In this document: positions 63,617-64,000 of the stretch, piece by piece | Layout of the letters: each line of letters begins with the position of its first letter | How positions within the stretch are numbered: position 1 is the first letter of the stretch | Origin: Podarcis gaigeae | Lineage: Eukaryota | Length of the DNA: 64,000 nucleotides | NCBI GenBank assembly: GCA_964106915.2 | Contig: OZ066920.1 | Direction: 5' to 3' (one strand) | Position numbers and translations under genes: made by a program | The notes under the pieces: model-generated | The model's input: the letters and a program-made list of their open reading frames with translations, nothing else | Database searches by the model: none | What the model was told of the DNA's origin: nothing

Positions 63617-64000
63617 CCTTGCAGTGACACTCAATTTATTTTAATCACAATTTCCATTTTAGAGTGTTGAAGTGGTACAAGAACACCACATGCAAGGGAT
63701 CATAGCACAGAGATAGGACACAAGCTGTGAATACAGATGGACAGGTTCAACCTCTTGCATCTCCAGCAGCTGATGAGAAAGACCCGAAGACCCTAGAAAG
63801 CCACTGCTCATCAAAGCAGACTTTACTGGGTTAGACAGACTCTGACCAACTATAAAGTAGCTTCCTATGCTTCTAGGTTGCCATAAGTCAGACTCTCTTA
63901 GCTTCTCTCCTTAATCTGCATTATGGGAATATTATTATAATACATTTATTTATACCCTGCCTTTTCCCCAGACAGAAGAAACAAGAATCACTAAAATATA

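Overview
AT-rich, CpG-depleted vertebrate genomic DNA. The repeat complement (Sauria SINEs, Bov-B, squamate CR1/L2 remnants, hAT and Tc1/mariner MITEs) points to a lizard, probably a lacertid. The whole window lies inside one minus-strand gene, SPIDR (scaffold protein involved in DNA repair). Four internal coding exons (60424-60643, 34005-34206, 32275-32549, 1610-1768) have canonical AG/GT sites, matching phases and a continuous SPIDR-like translation, separated by introns of about 26.2, 1.5 and 30.5 kb. Apart from three ORFs overlapping these exons and two LINE remnants (L2, Bov-B), the ORF track is spurious. I see no novel protein-coding system. The notable signals are intronic: (1) a perfect 30-nt tailless U6 retrocopy with a 19-bp TSD; (2) two inverted GC-rich TA-target MITEs whose interiors are shuffled palindromic modules, also present inside an element with different termini; (3) three copies of an RTE-derived retroposon, each interrupted by a different element; (4) several candidate enhancers. 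Repeat family names come from my own pattern recognition, not database searches. There is an assembly gap at 47952-48090.
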